Below, piece by piece: positions 35,638 through 46,391 of a stretch of DNA of 64,000 nucleotides; position 1 is the stretch's first letter; every line of letters begins with the position of its first letter. Under the pieces are notes generated by a model that did no database searches, was not told the DNA's origin, and saw nothing but the letters and a program-made list of their open reading frames with translations. The stretch is taken from positions 62,001 to 126,000 of IMG/VR virus record IMGVR_UViG_3300010389_000001, one strand, 5' to 3'. The position numbers were made by a program, and so were the translations under genes.

Positions 35638-37695
35638 ATGGCTGTAGACAACAATAGCAAATTAACGAAGTTTAAGTCAGCAACCACAATCGTTACGGCA
35701 GACTATGCCAATTCGGTATATGGCGGTTTGTATGGCTCTTCGGAGGCTGATAATTTAGCGCCCGATGATCCGCGGGTCATTGGGCATGTCCATGATGGGG
35801 TTAAGGCAGATGGACACGCCGGAAAGATAGACCTCGTAGATCATGTTGATAATCAGCTTTTAAATGTTAATTTGGCTGATGATGCTGTAACAAAAAGGAA
35901 TGTAAGGGAAACCGAGTATCAAGATCAGGCAATACCGGAGCTTGAGGTAATTGACGGTATAACTTATTATTATCTTGATCTAACCGCAGTAAGAACTGAC
36001 TTTACCTTTATAGAGGACGACTCTCCTAGTTCAGCTGCTTCTGCGATATCCGAAAATGCACTTATAAGACAAAGAAGCCAATACTATGATGGCTCATCCT
36101 TTGTTGACATACCCGATGTGTGGGGAAGGACAACTGGGAGAGACTTTGTATTTGGCTCACCGTCATTGGAGGATATTGATGACGGTGGCGATGGTGATAG
36201 CCGCTTCTTCTTTGACAAAAGCAAGGGAACTTTTCATGCTGGGCTGGCCAACTCAACGCAGTGGGACGAGGCAAATAGGGGCGTCGGCACTGCCGTATTC
36301 GGAGTAAATAATGCCGCATCATCGAACGCATCCGCTGCCTTTGGATCTGGAAATAGCCTAACTTCTTCTGACTACTCCGCAGTATTTGGCCTGGATAATA
36401 CAGTTCAGAATTCGGAGTATTCAGTTGTTCTTGGGAATGCAAATGCTGTAGGCAACTCAAACTATGCGTTTGTCGGGCCATCAGACAGCTCTGTTATAAT
36501 AAACAATTTATATTCTTCTATTTATTCAGGGTTCAGCGGGGAGATCACAGATACATCTTCTCCGGACCCATCATTTATCGCTTTTCATAACTCTATTTTA
36601 AGTGGAAGTAGTGGCCAAATTAACAGCTCTAGGTTTTCTTATATTAGTGGTGGGAATAGCAACTCAATAGAGGGCGGCCAGCACTCCAGGGTGATGGGCG
36701 GTGAGTTTAATGTCATAACAGGAACGTGGTCTGTATCCGGTGGGCCTTTCAAGATCTTTAGCAGCAGCTCAAAGTATTCCCAGATATTAAATGGAAGTTA
36801 TAATTACATTACAGATGCATCTTATTCGCTGATAAAGGGCGGCAATCTTAATGCTATAGCAATTTCTCAAGAATATAATTCATCTGAAACTCCAGACTAC
36901 TCCTCTGTATTTGGGAAAAGCGCAACATCATATGCCTACGGTCAGAATGCTCAGTCATCAGGAACCTTTGATCCGTCTGATGCTCCGTTAAATACTTTTT
37001 CTACGACCTTCCCTCCTGCTGGCTCAGAGTGGGTTCTGCTCGTTCCGGATCAAGGCGGGGCCCAAACATTTACAATGACGATGTTTGGAAACTTCCAGTA
37101 TGAGTCAACTGATCTTATCCCTCTCACTCTAAATACTCCCCAGACAATGATTGCGAATCTTGATAACGGGCAAGATTCATCTTCTCCAGGAAGGCCGTTC
37201 AGACCAAGGGTAAATGCTTCTTATTCTATAAAAACAATAGGGACAATCTCTTTTTCAGAGCCCGATCCTGCGCCGCCCTATGGGCCTATAAGAACGATGA
37301 GGCACTCCGTTACGTTTGAGCTTCATACGGGCATTACGGTTCAAAATGATGGCTCTATACTGTACAATACAGACTCTTTTGTAATAACCCACGATTCAAG
37401 GGATCTTTACGGCTTTGGATCAGTTAGGTTTAGCGTTCCGGGAACTACGAATCCGAATGATGATTTTCGCTTATGGTTCACGCATGATACGACGACTCCT
37501 GTAAATCGTTCGTCCGCACTGATCGGGCCTCCAGGCCTTCCTCCTGGTTATGGATTTTCTTTTGTTCTAGAGAATAGAACATTCTTAAATAACGGAGGTC
37601 CCGGCACTAGTTCTGGCTCAGTCTTATACGGAGAGGCCCTGTCAGCGAGAATGGACGTAACAGAGTTAAGCATAAATCTCTATAGACAAGTTTAG
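35638..37695 (+). CDS. Fibre/adhesin-like virion protein 1
   Basis: N-terminal domain shared with 37704 (GHVHDG); Ser/Gly/Asn-rich G..N beta-roll-like repeats. Confidence 0.6.
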   Translation: MAVDNNSKLTKFKSATTIVTADYANSVYGGLYGSSEADNLAPDDPRVIGHVHDGVKADGHAGKIDLVDHVDNQLLNVNLADDAVTKRNVRETEYQDQAIPELEVIDGITYYYLDLTAVRTDFTFIEDDSPSSAASAISENALIRQRSQYYDGSSFVDIPDVWGRTTGRDFVFGSPSLEDIDDGGDGDSRFFFDKSKGTFHAGLANSTQWDEANRGVGTAVFGVNNAASSNASAAFGSGNSLTSSDYSAVFGLDNTVQNSEYSVVLGNANAVGNSNYAFVGPSDSSVIINNLYSSIYSGFSGEITDTSSPDPSFIAFHNSILSGSSGQINSSRFSYISGGNSNSIEGGQHSRVMGGEFNVITGTWSVSGGPFKIFSSSSKYSQILNGSYNYITDASYSLIKGGNLNAIAISQEYNSSETPDYSSVFGKSATSYAYGQNAQSSGTFDPSDAPLNTFSTTFPPAGSEWVLLVPDQGGAQTFTMTMFGNFQYESTDLIPLTLNTPQTMIANLDNGQDSSSPGRPFRPRVNASYSIKTIGTISFSEPDPAPPYGPIRTMRHSVTFELHTGITVQNDGSILYNTDSFVITHDSRDLYGFGSVRFSVPGTTNPNDDFRLWFTHDTTTPVNRSSALIGPPGLPPGYGFSFVLENRTFLNNGGPGTSSGSVLYGEALSARMDVTELSINLYRQV

Positions 37696-37703
37696 GCGGA
37701 GTA

Positions 37704-39569
37704 ATGGCGAGCGATAACGAAAAGAAACTAACTAGATATACATCGTCTGCGACAGTAATTACTGCCGACGCCATGAATAGGATTTATGGTGGAGAGTTTG
37801 GGTTTAGAGATGATGTCGATGAATTTGATCCTCTTGTTTTTGGCCATGTACACGACGGAACTCATGAGGACGGCCATGCATCAAAGATTCTTTTGACAAA
37901 CGGCGCTCACATTAGGGGCTTTTTGTCTAACGCAAACTTGGGCGGGACAAACGGCAGCAATCCAGCTGTTAGATATACAAATATAGTTTGCTACTCTGAG
38001 TCGGTATATGGAACGCCTGCTGCCAGAAGGGCTGCCGCAGCAGCTGGGGGTTATGATCTTGAGATATTGGCGATACCAGAATACACCGAAGACCCGCTGA
38101 CAGGAGATCGCTGTTATTATCTTGACCTATCAAATTCAGCAGGTGGAGTCGACGGGTCTGTTCAATTCAATGAGGCAGGCTCTTTCGGTGGAAATGACGA
38201 CCTTTTTTATGACTATTCAAATTTAAAGCTTGGAGTTGGAACTAATTCTCCGCAGAGAAAGATACACATAGCAGACGGCTCTAGTCCCCCGGTTAGAATT
38301 GAGGGTATTTCCCCTGGTACTGGCGTTGTTCTGGTCGTAGATGGCAGCGGGGATGTATACGGTGATCCATCAATCGTAAGTCAAGATTCTTTTAAAAGAA
38401 TTAATTTAATTAACGTTGGCGGAGGCTCTGCGACCGGAGGGCCTGTTGTTGCGGACAGTCCAAATGATCAGCTTTATCTGGATGCAGGAACAAATATCGT
38501 TCTAACTGGCGATGCTGGAAACGATAGAGTTACTATATCAGCTAGCGTACCAGATCAAGATCTGTACAACACAGTAGATCTGACGGCTACCAGCGGAACT
38601 CAGACGGGGGACGCAACCTTATCTGCAGATTCTCCCACAGAGACGCTAACCCTCGCTGCTGGGCCGAATATAACTTTGGATGGCGATGCCGCATCTGACA
38701 CCGTAACAATATCTGCAGAAGATGCTCCAAGAAAGTTTTTCTCTCAATGGATTGACGTAGATCAGGCAGTGATACCTAAGGATTCAGGAAGCAGGGGAAA
38801 TACTCTACTCGGAGACAGAATAATAGCCTACAAATATAAGGTAGGCCTTGGGGATCTCGGAATTAGCGATTTCTTTATAAATGTTTCGATGCCACTTGAC
38901 GGTCAGCTCGGACAGGCGCAGACTGGATCCCTTACAACGGATGGCTCATTCCAAGGCGGGCTGACAGGCTATCCGGTCGGAAACAACATATCAGATACAG
39001 CTAATGATGCCCCAACCTCCTGTAGGGTGACGGCATATTTTGTTCTAGACAGAACAAATGACACTCTACCGGGCTTGCCGTCAGGTGAAACACCTAGCAG
39101 CCTAGAGGGGGGCGCGGACTTAACGGTAAGTGTTGCATATGGCAATTTGACTGGCATAGTTCCTCCGCCGCAAACAAGGATTGTTCCAGTTGCAGATGCT
39201 GAGTTCCTGCAGAATCACAACGGACTTGGAGTCGTCAGAGATTGGGGCACAAATGATTCCTCTGATTCTTTTGCTCTTCAAAATACTCACTCATATTCCG
39301 GAGGAATAAATCCGGGACCGCCACCTTCCCCATTTGGAACCGTACAGGATGGGATGATGGTTGTAAGTGATTTTTCCCCACTAAAGCTACAAACTCAGCT
39401 ACCTACGGATGGCCTTGCAAATTTCAGAATAACTCTTAGCGATATTAGCGGCTCATTTTATTTAACAGAGACTCCTGAGCCAGCAGATCCTTATGCGGAG
39501 ATGGATAACGAAGACAAGGCCGCATGCACCAGACTGGTTGGCGTAAGACTTTTGTGGATTTGGGAATAA
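37704..39569 (+). CDS. Fibre-like virion protein 2
   Basis: GHVHDG N-terminal domain; GSVQFN..GSFGG, LGVGTNSP; two ADSP..L.L.AG.NI.L.GDA..D.VTISA repeats. Confidence 0.65.
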   Translation: MASDNEKKLTRYTSSATVITADAMNRIYGGEFGFRDDVDEFDPLVFGHVHDGTHEDGHASKILLTNGAHIRGFLSNANLGGTNGSNPAVRYTNIVCYSESVYGTPAARRAAAAAGGYDLEILAIPEYTEDPLTGDRCYYLDLSNSAGGVDGSVQFNEAGSFGGNDDLFYDYSNLKLGVGTNSPQRKIHIADGSSPPVRIEGISPGTGVVLVVDGSGDVYGDPSIVSQDSFKRINLINVGGGSATGGPVVADSPNDQLYLDAGTNIVLTGDAGNDRVTISASVPDQDLYNTVDLTATSGTQTGDATLSADSPTETLTLAAGPNITLDGDAASDTVTISAEDAPRKFFSQWIDVDQAVIPKDSGSRGNTLLGDRIIAYKYKVGLGDLGISDFFINVSMPLDGQLGQAQTGSLTTDGSFQGGLTGYPVGNNISDTANDAPTSCRVTAYFVLDRTNDTLPGLPSGETPSSLEGGADLTVSVAYGNLTGIVPPPQTRIVPVADAEFLQNHNGLGVVRDWGTNDSSDSFALQNTHSYSGGINPGPPPSPFGTVQDGMMVVSDFSPLKLQTQLPTDGLANFRITLSDISGSFYLTETPEPADPYAEMDNEDKAACTRLVGVRLLWIWE

Positions 39570-39599
39570 ATCTGACTATAACCTCTATGAGCATGGCTA

Positions 39600-39947
39600 A
39601 TGGATATAATGATAATATTGGGTTGCAACGGACTTGTCGATGAAAATAACTTTGTTTACTGCAACTCTGCAGCTAATCCGATTATTGATCTATCAAAAAT
39701 TGGCGCGTCTAAGAGAGAGAAAATTATAGCCTTTCTGGAGAGAGCTTGCGGACTCTTTGATGGGCCATGCTTTGACTATAACAAGAGCGTAAATATAATA
39801 AACTTATTATACAGACAGTTCGGTATAATAGAAGAAGAAAAGCTCCATATGATACAGGCATTTATAAAAATGCATAAATCTTGCGGTATCTATGTTATGC
39901 TTATGCTAGAGGAGGACTATTGTGAGCAAACTAAACATTCCGGCTAA
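39600..39947 (+). CDS. Hypothetical protein
   Basis: 115 aa. Confidence 0.5.
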   Translation: MDIMIILGCNGLVDENNFVYCNSAANPIIDLSKIGASKREKIIAFLERACGLFDGPCFDYNKSVNIINLLYRQFGIIEEEKLHMIQAFIKMHKSCGIYVMLMLEEDYCEQTKHSG

Positions 39948-40275
39948 TAACAAATACTTGCAATCTAAGGCTGCTGCGAGAAACACTGTGGAGAAGGCCT
40001 TCGATGATTTCAAGACCCTTCTGAAAGACAAGACTCATCCAGATAATCAAACTCCGGCTTACCATAACAATGTAGTTTCAGTTTTAAATCGACTGCTGGT
40101 CGCAGCAGATAAGTTAGATGAGGAAAATCCGGGAGAGGGCATCTTTGGGCTAATAGTCCTATCTCTAAGGTCTTCTTTAAAATTGAGGGACGAAAATATA
40201 AAGCTAGAAGTAAAGCTTGCTGAGCTGGAGAGAGAGCTGAAGCGGGTAAAGAAAAACCAGGGAGCCAGAAAGTGA
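39922..40275 (+). CDS. Hypothetical coiled-coil protein
   Basis: GGAGG RBS, 117 aa. Confidence 0.6.
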   Translation: MSKLNIPANNKYLQSKAAARNTVEKAFDDFKTLLKDKTHPDNQTPAYHNNVVSVLNRLLVAADKLDEENPGEGIFGLIVLSLRSSLKLRDENIKLEVKLAELERELKRVKKNQGARK

Positions 40276-40499
40276 CGGACAAAGACCTTGCTGGATGGCT
40301 TATGAAAAAAATACAGGATGAAGCTGCCATAATCAGGGCGCTGGAGGATCGGGGGGCGAAGCTTTCCCTTGACCTTACCGGCGATCGTGCTTATATTGCC
40401 CATGTGGCCTATAAGCAGGCCCTCGAAGATGTATTGCAAAAGCTGAGAGGTTTTGATGGGGCAGTTTCAAGAGTGCGAAGTACCGTTTCAGGTTTATGA
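40272..40499 (+). CDS. Small hypothetical protein
   Basis: GTGA overlap with the upstream gene. Confidence 0.5.
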   Translation: MTDKDLAGWLMKKIQDEAAIIRALEDRGAKLSLDLTGDRAYIAHVAYKQALEDVLQKLRGFDGAVSRVRSTVSGL

Positions 40500-41556
40500 T
40501 ATTGATGAGTCAAGGCTTCTAAATATCCTGAAATCCTTTAAGGTGAGCGTTTCCTCGATCACCCTGGAGAGAGGGAGGTTTTTCGACTATTACTATATTA
40601 AGCTTTCGCCTGGAGTTAGAGCTTCGAAGCTCGATCGTCTGCTGAAAGACATTGGGTTGGCGCTTGGAGCCCAAACTCTTCCGACTGGAACCCTCCTAAT
40701 GAGTAAGGGGGTTTATAGGCTATCGGTTCAGCGAGAAGAGATTGAGTCTCCAACTTTTGGCGATATGCTTAACGGTTATAATGGATCCTATTATATGCCA
40801 TTGTTCATTGGCATCTCAGAGTCCGGAGAGGCCATTTACAGTGATCTAAATAAAATGCCCAACCTCATTGTTGGGGGCACAACGGGCTCTGGAAAGAGCG
40901 TTCTACTTCATTCCTTGGCAATGTCTCTTCTAAAGCACGGAACAAGCCTTTACCTTTGTGATCCAAAAATGGTTGAGTTCGACCGATACGCAAAGTTCGA
41001 TGGAGTAAAAAAAGTTGTAAGCTCCCCAGAGGATACCTCTGCAGTAATTAAAGAATTAACGGCAAAGATGAATCAAAGATTCTCAGTCCTTAAGAGAGCT
41101 GGAGCAAGAAGCGCCAATGAATTTGTAGACCAAAATGGTCGCGAAAAAATCAATCCGATATGTCTAATCATTGATGAGTGGGCAGACTTGGTTCTGCAGG
41201 AAAAGGGATTGCAGAAGCAGCTGTGTGTTCTTGCGCAAAAGGGCCGGGCTGCAGGCATCTCTGTGGTGCTAGCCACTCAGAGGCCGGCATCTTCAGTTAT
41301 CTCGGGGCTAGTTAAGGCAAACTTTCCTGGCAGAATTGCCATGCGAGTAGCATCGGCGGTTGACAGCAGAGTTATTCTTGATAAGGCTGGCGCAGAAAAG
41401 ATAGACAATATCGGAGTCGGACTTATTCTTGACGGCAGAAGCTCCGAGCCGACCCTATTCAGGGCTCCAAATATAAGCGACATCGACAAGGAGCTATCGG
41501 CCCTAAATCTAAAGAAGTCTAGGGCGTCAGGAATATTTGGGTTTTTTGGGTTCTAA
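40456..41556 (+). CDS. FtsK/SpoIIIE-family DNA translocase motor domain
   Basis: PNLIVGGTTGSGKS, DPKMVEF, LIIDEWADL, LAQKGRAAGI, ATQRP, DSRVILD. Confidence 0.92.
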   Translation: MGQFQECEVPFQVYDIDESRLLNILKSFKVSVSSITLERGRFFDYYYIKLSPGVRASKLDRLLKDIGLALGAQTLPTGTLLMSKGVYRLSVQREEIESPTFGDMLNGYNGSYYMPLFIGISESGEAIYSDLNKMPNLIVGGTTGSGKSVLLHSLAMSLLKHGTSLYLCDPKMVEFDRYAKFDGVKKVVSSPEDTSAVIKELTAKMNQRFSVLKRAGARSANEFVDQNGREKINPICLIIDEWADLVLQEKGLQKQLCVLAQKGRAAGISVVLATQRPASSVISGLVKANFPGRIAMRVASAVDSRVILDKAGAEKIDNIGVGLILDGRSSEPTLFRAPNISDIDKELSALNLKKSRASGIFGFFGF

Positions 41557-42092
41557 TGTATTTTTCTAAAGAACAAATTCTGCTAAATGTAAAGATATCA
41601 GACGTTGCCGAGATCATGGGAATTGCCATGGAAGAGGTAAGTACGGGGAACTTTACTCATCGCTGCAAGTGTCCAAGCCCAGAGCATAAGGGTGGCCTCG
41701 AAAGAACAGGTTCTCTTTATATTGATAACGAAAGAAACAATTTTTATTGCTTTGGATGCAATGCATCAAATAATGTAATCGACTTTTACATACTATGCAC
41801 TGACAAGGGCTTCTCAGACGCGATAAGAGATTTATCAGAGCATGTTGATGAAGCTAACCTGAAAAAGGTTAAGACTTATTCAAAGAATACCATATTCTCA
41901 AGCCTATTGGATATTTCGCATTATTACCGGGAGCTTTTGATGGCCCACCCAGACGATTCAGATTGGATAGAAATGATGATGAAGAGAACGGATCATTACA
42001 TTTCGGAAATGGGAAGGTACGATGTTGCGTCGGCAAAAAAGCTTATGCTAAATATAAAAAGAGCTGCCATCAGGAGGTATAGCAGAAAATGA
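41556..42092 (+). CDS. Stand-alone CHC2 zinc-finger protein (primase-type)
   Basis: CPSPEH...ERTGS...FYCFGC...NVIDF; no TOPRIM domain. Confidence 0.8.
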   Translation: MYFSKEQILLNVKISDVAEIMGIAMEEVSTGNFTHRCKCPSPEHKGGLERTGSLYIDNERNNFYCFGCNASNNVIDFYILCTDKGFSDAIRDLSEHVDEANLKKVKTYSKNTIFSSLLDISHYYRELLMAHPDDSDWIEMMMKRTDHYISEMGRYDVASAKKLMLNIKRAAIRRYSRK

Positions 42093-43255
42093 GAGCTATT
42101 ATATGCGGTGATGCTCATATCGGAGCTATCTTTGGGCTTGGAAGGCCAGACGGCAATGGCGGAAACACCAGGGTAAATGATTATGTTAAAAGTCTAAATC
42201 ATATTGTAGATTACGCGATTTCTTCTAAAGCCGATATATTCATTCAGACCGGTGATATATTTGAGCATAGAGATCCGGACGTTAGACACATGGCGATTGT
42301 TGATTCAGCACTAAAAAAGCTATCAAATGCTGGTGTCTCTACTTTTGTTATTATGGGTAATCATGATTACAGAAGAAACGGCTCTAGCTTTACGAGTTCC
42401 ATTACATCCCTGGCTGCAGCAGATTATCCGAACGTTCGAATGGTGTTGGACCCCGAAGTTATAGAGGTATCGAACAACGATGGCGATTCATCGAATTTGC
42501 TGCTCATTCCTTTTCGGGACCAAAGAATGTATGCAGGCAAGGGGAATCGGGACAAGTCCGATAACTTTGAGAAAGAAATACGAAGTTTGATTGAGGGGAT
42601 ACAAAACCAGAATCCTACAATCGCTGTGGGGCATAACTTCTTTTTTGAAGGAAGTTACAACGACTACGGCGGATCTGAACTTATGGCTAGGCCCGCAGCG
42701 TTCGAAGGCTGTGACGTAGCCCTAATGGGTCACCTTCATCAGTTTAGAGTTTTAAGAAAAAGATCGCCAGTTTGTATCTATACTGGATCGATGGAAAAGT
42801 CGAACTTTGGTGATGCAAACGTTGAGAAGTATTTCATTGATTATGATATTTCCACAAAAAAGGCTTCCTTTAAAAAGGTCCCAAGCAGGGATCTTGTTGA
42901 TGCATCTATAGACCTGACTGGCCTTGACTTTGCTGATATATCAGATGGTATCGACAAGGAGATTGCGAAGCATGACCTTTCTGATAAAATTGTAAGATTT
43001 AAATTTGTTATTGATGAAAAGGTTCTTCCTGCAGTAGACAAGAAATCTATAACAGACAAACTGTATGCCGCTGGGGCTTTTTATGTATCAAAGATTATTA
43101 TTGAAGTCGTAGCGAAAAGAATTGTTCGAGACAATTCTGTCCTTGAGCACAAAGATGATTATTCTATGTTTAAGGCTTTTGTGGAAAAGCAGGGCTTGGA
43201 TGCATCAATGCTAGAAGAGATGCTGAAAGAAGCTAAGGTCATAATGGAGGCATAA
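42089..43255 (+). CDS. sbcD: SbcD/Mre11-like nuclease
   Basis: GDAH, GDIF, GNHD, GHN, GHLH, YTGS. Confidence 0.9.
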   Translation: MRAIICGDAHIGAIFGLGRPDGNGGNTRVNDYVKSLNHIVDYAISSKADIFIQTGDIFEHRDPDVRHMAIVDSALKKLSNAGVSTFVIMGNHDYRRNGSSFTSSITSLAAADYPNVRMVLDPEVIEVSNNDGDSSNLLLIPFRDQRMYAGKGNRDKSDNFEKEIRSLIEGIQNQNPTIAVGHNFFFEGSYNDYGGSELMARPAAFEGCDVALMGHLHQFRVLRKRSPVCIYTGSMEKSNFGDANVEKYFIDYDISTKKASFKKVPSRDLVDASIDLTGLDFADISDGIDKEIAKHDLSDKIVRFKFVIDEKVLPAVDKKSITDKLYAAGAFYVSKIIIEVVAKRIVRDNSVLEHKDDYSMFKAFVEKQGLDASMLEEMLKEAKVIMEA

Positions 43256-45360
43256 TGATTCCGACCAGATTACATTTGAAAAATTTCTTTTCTCATAAGG
43301 ACAGCGAGATAGATTTCACCACATTCGATTCTGCGTTGCTTATTGGCAATACGGAGGGCGACTACGATAAGTCGAATGGCTCTGGAAAAAGCTCTATATT
43401 TGAATCGATGCTCTGGTGCTTGTTTAATAAGTCTAGGCAGTCGATGATGGATGATATCGTCCGATGGGGAGAGACGGAATGCTCTGTTACTCTTGAGTTT
43501 GTTCATAGCGATACAAAGTATCGTGTTATTCGAACAAGGAACAGGCTAAGCTCTACATCAAGCGTGTCTCTTTATTACGTTGATATGGCGGGCGACTGGG
43601 TAGATATATCTGGTTCGACAGCTGGCTACACAAACTCCAAGATAGAAGATCTAATTAAGCTAGAATACAAAACTTTTATCAACTCGGTGTATTTCAGGCA
43701 AAATGATATATCAGAATTTGCGGAAGCGGAGCCTTCTAGGAAGAAGGAGATTTTGAAATCAATAATAGATATATCTAGATGGGACTCCTATGAGAAGACC
43801 GCCAAAAAACTTTCAAAGGATATTTCTGACGAATGCAAGGTGTTGGTAAAGTCTACCGAGTCCTATGACGAACAATATCAGAGTCTGATTGATCTTAGGG
43901 CGGAAATAGAAGACAAGAAGTCTGTTATATCATCTTTGGGCAAAGATATTGCAAGTTTGGCCGAATCAAAGAGGGCCTTATCAAGGCGGTATGATGAAAT
44001 CAAGAATTCACTTGACACTGATACTTACGATAGAGTGATTGATGATCTAGAAAAGCTCAGAGAGCAGAGAGCATATCTTATCAAATCTGAGGCAAGCCAG
44101 CAGAGTCAAATAGAAGAAACGGAGAAGGAAGCGGGAAGGTATGCGGAACTCGTAGGAAAATTAAAAGATTTTCTTGCTTCAAAGGAAACAATAGAAGTAA
44201 GTGAGTCTGAAATTCAAGCTTATAAAGATGAGCTTATAAGCTTAAAAGCCGAGAAGAAATCATGCGAAGAGTTTGTAGCTTCGCTGGATGAAATTTCTAT
44301 TACACCAGATCAGTGCTATGTATGCAAACAAGGTATTGATGAAGATCTTTATTCAAAATTGGTCAGAGACATAGAGGGTAAGAAGAGCGATTACAATGAT
44401 AAAAAGGTTAGAGCAATAAATCTAATTATCGAGCATGAAGAAAAGCTTAACGCTCTGCAGGAAACAGTAAAGATAAATAAGAAGATCGCTTTAGCAGAAG
44501 AAAAGCTGTCTGATTCAGAGCCAACCTTAGAGCTGCTTAACTCAAATTGTGACAAGCAGAGAGAGAGATTGGGCGAAATATCAGATAAGCTAAGAACTGT
44601 GATGATGAGTATTGAGACAAATATCGGCATCCTGAACTCTATCAAGCGAGAGGACTTCCAGGAAATCAGGAAGAAGCTGAGAGAGACTGAGGAAAAAGAG
44701 ACTAAGTTGAAAGAGGCGGCTTCGCTGGAGGATAGGGAGCTTGGAAGGCTAATCGAGAGGGAATCGCTGTTAAAAGAGGCGGTGGATAAGATTCTTGAGG
44801 ACAAAAAGAAAGTAACAAGCAAGATGGAAAAAGCATCGCTCTTTGTTCGCCTCTCAAAGATGTTTGGCAAAAACGGTATACAGTCTATTCTTCTTGATGC
44901 AATTATTGAAGATCTAGAAAAGACATCTAACATTACTCTTTCATCAATATGCAATGAGCCTGCTACAATTGTTCTTGAGACGCAGAGAGTCGGCTCAGAT
45001 GGCTCTTCCCTCATAGAGACGCTTGACCTAAAGGTTAGAAAGGATGGAAATCTTCAGAGCTTTAAGTCTTTGAGCGGCGGGGAGAAGTTCAGAATATCTC
45101 TTGCCCTAAGAATTGCTCTTAGCGAGATATCCTCAAGATACGGAGGGTCATCCTTGGAATTTCTTCTGCTAGATGAAGTTAACTCGCCATTGGACCGATT
45201 CGGCGTCGAGACCTTATTCGTAAATGTAATAAAGTCTCTAGAAGAAAAGTACAAGATTATGGTCATTACTCATGATGAGTCACTAAAGGAAAAGTTTGAT
45301 AATATCATTGATTCCACAAAGATCAACGGCGATACAGAGATTGTCTTTACGAGAAGATAA
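43255..45360 (+). CDS. sbcC: SbcC/Rad50-like ATPase
   Basis: NGSGKS, coiled coils, CYVC zinc hook, LSGGE, LLLDE, ITH. Confidence 0.93.
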   Translation: MIPTRLHLKNFFSHKDSEIDFTTFDSALLIGNTEGDYDKSNGSGKSSIFESMLWCLFNKSRQSMMDDIVRWGETECSVTLEFVHSDTKYRVIRTRNRLSSTSSVSLYYVDMAGDWVDISGSTAGYTNSKIEDLIKLEYKTFINSVYFRQNDISEFAEAEPSRKKEILKSIIDISRWDSYEKTAKKLSKDISDECKVLVKSTESYDEQYQSLIDLRAEIEDKKSVISSLGKDIASLAESKRALSRRYDEIKNSLDTDTYDRVIDDLEKLREQRAYLIKSEASQQSQIEETEKEAGRYAELVGKLKDFLASKETIEVSESEIQAYKDELISLKAEKKSCEEFVASLDEISITPDQCYVCKQGIDEDLYSKLVRDIEGKKSDYNDKKVRAINLIIEHEEKLNALQETVKINKKIALAEEKLSDSEPTLELLNSNCDKQRERLGEISDKLRTVMMSIETNIGILNSIKREDFQEIRKKLRETEEKETKLKEAASLEDRELGRLIERESLLKEAVDKILEDKKKVTSKMEKASLFVRLSKMFGKNGIQSILLDAIIEDLEKTSNITLSSICNEPATIVLETQRVGSDGSSLIETLDLKVRKDGNLQSFKSLSGGEKFRISLALRIALSEISSRYGGSSLEFLLLDEVNSPLDRFGVETLFVNVIKSLEEKYKIMVITHDESLKEKFDNIIDSTKINGDTEIVFTRR

Positions 45361-45390
45361 TATGCTAATCTCTATCGTTATATAGAGGAT

Positions 45391-46299
45391 ATGATGATAG
45401 AGCTAACCTTATATGAAAGCGAAAGTCAAATTATCTCCGGAATCCCGGAGTATGTTGAGCTTGAGGCTAATGTCACTTCAAATATATTCTATACTCTTGA
45501 CGGCACAGACCCTACGGAAGACTCGCTTATAGCACTTGGAAAAGTATATCTTCCAACCTCGGGGCTGACCGTAAGGATAAGGGCCATAGCAATATCCGCA
45601 GATGATTCCTCGGATATTTTAGACCAGGATTATAGCTCTGACTCAACTAACTTAGATGGCCCAAGAAATATAGGGGAGGGGGTGTCTGTTCTGCCCGCTG
45701 GCTCATTATCGGTTAACAATCTCTCCTTTGATTCAAGTGGCGCCGCCGCTCAAGAAAGTTCTATAAACTTTGTTGAACTAGACATTAAGGCCTCCCCTCT
45801 AGAGGGGACGAAAGAGACCTCCATTCCATTTATAAACTTTACAGAGGTTCTCAAGTCCGATGATGAGTTTTCTGCCTCAAGTGTTAATGGCACGTCTTAT
45901 TTCGATCCAAAGGCAAAACTTATTCTTATAGATGGCAGTACAGACGACGCGCTAAATAGCCAGCAGGTAAGGCTGATTAATCGAACTTACAATGCGATGG
46001 ATCCAACTTCCAGGCTTTACACAGAAAGGCTCGGCCAGAAGGAGCCTATAATTACAGGTAATTATGTAAGAAGCTACTTTAACCCCAGAACAAATGAATA
46101 CGTATCCTTTTATTATGAGAGCACAGATTCTCGCTGGATAATTTCAAAGCAAAAAGTGAAGAATACAGAGACGAAGAGAGGACATACGTCAGGCGGCTCT
46201 GGAGGAGGAAAGTTCGTCTACAGATGGGTAGAAGATCCGGGAATCTCGACTGCAACAGCCTCCGTGTCAGCTTTAATTGGCAAGACCAGCTCTAGCTGA
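45391..46299 (+). CDS. Protein with Fn3-associated (chitobiase C-terminal-like) Ig domain
   Basis: IFYTLDGTDPT...IRAIAI. Confidence 0.6.
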   Translation: MMIELTLYESESQIISGIPEYVELEANVTSNIFYTLDGTDPTEDSLIALGKVYLPTSGLTVRIRAIAISADDSSDILDQDYSSDSTNLDGPRNIGEGVSVLPAGSLSVNNLSFDSSGAAAQESSINFVELDIKASPLEGTKETSIPFINFTEVLKSDDEFSASSVNGTSYFDPKAKLILIDGSTDDALNSQQVRLINRTYNAMDPTSRLYTERLGQKEPIITGNYVRSYFNPRTNEYVSFYYESTDSRWIISKQKVKNTETKRGHTSGGSGGGKFVYRWVEDPGISTATASVSALIGKTSSS

Positions 46300-46339
46300 A
46301 AGAAAAGCCTTTCGGAAGTCATGTCTTAATCAATATTGG

Positions 46340-46368
46340 TTGTCAAAATCGGCACCTGCGCCTATAAT
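46340..46368 (+). promoter_or_regulatory. sigma70-type promoter
   Basis: TTGTCA-17 nt-TATAAT upstream of an AGGAG RBS. Confidence 0.75.
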
Positions 46369-46391
46369 GTCTGGGAAAACAGGAGAATAAT

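Noticed and set aside
44391-45014. 207-aa minus-strand ORF and the other short minus-strand ORFs in the track
   Set aside because: Antisense shadows of well-supported + strand genes; only 1748-2809 fills a real gap.
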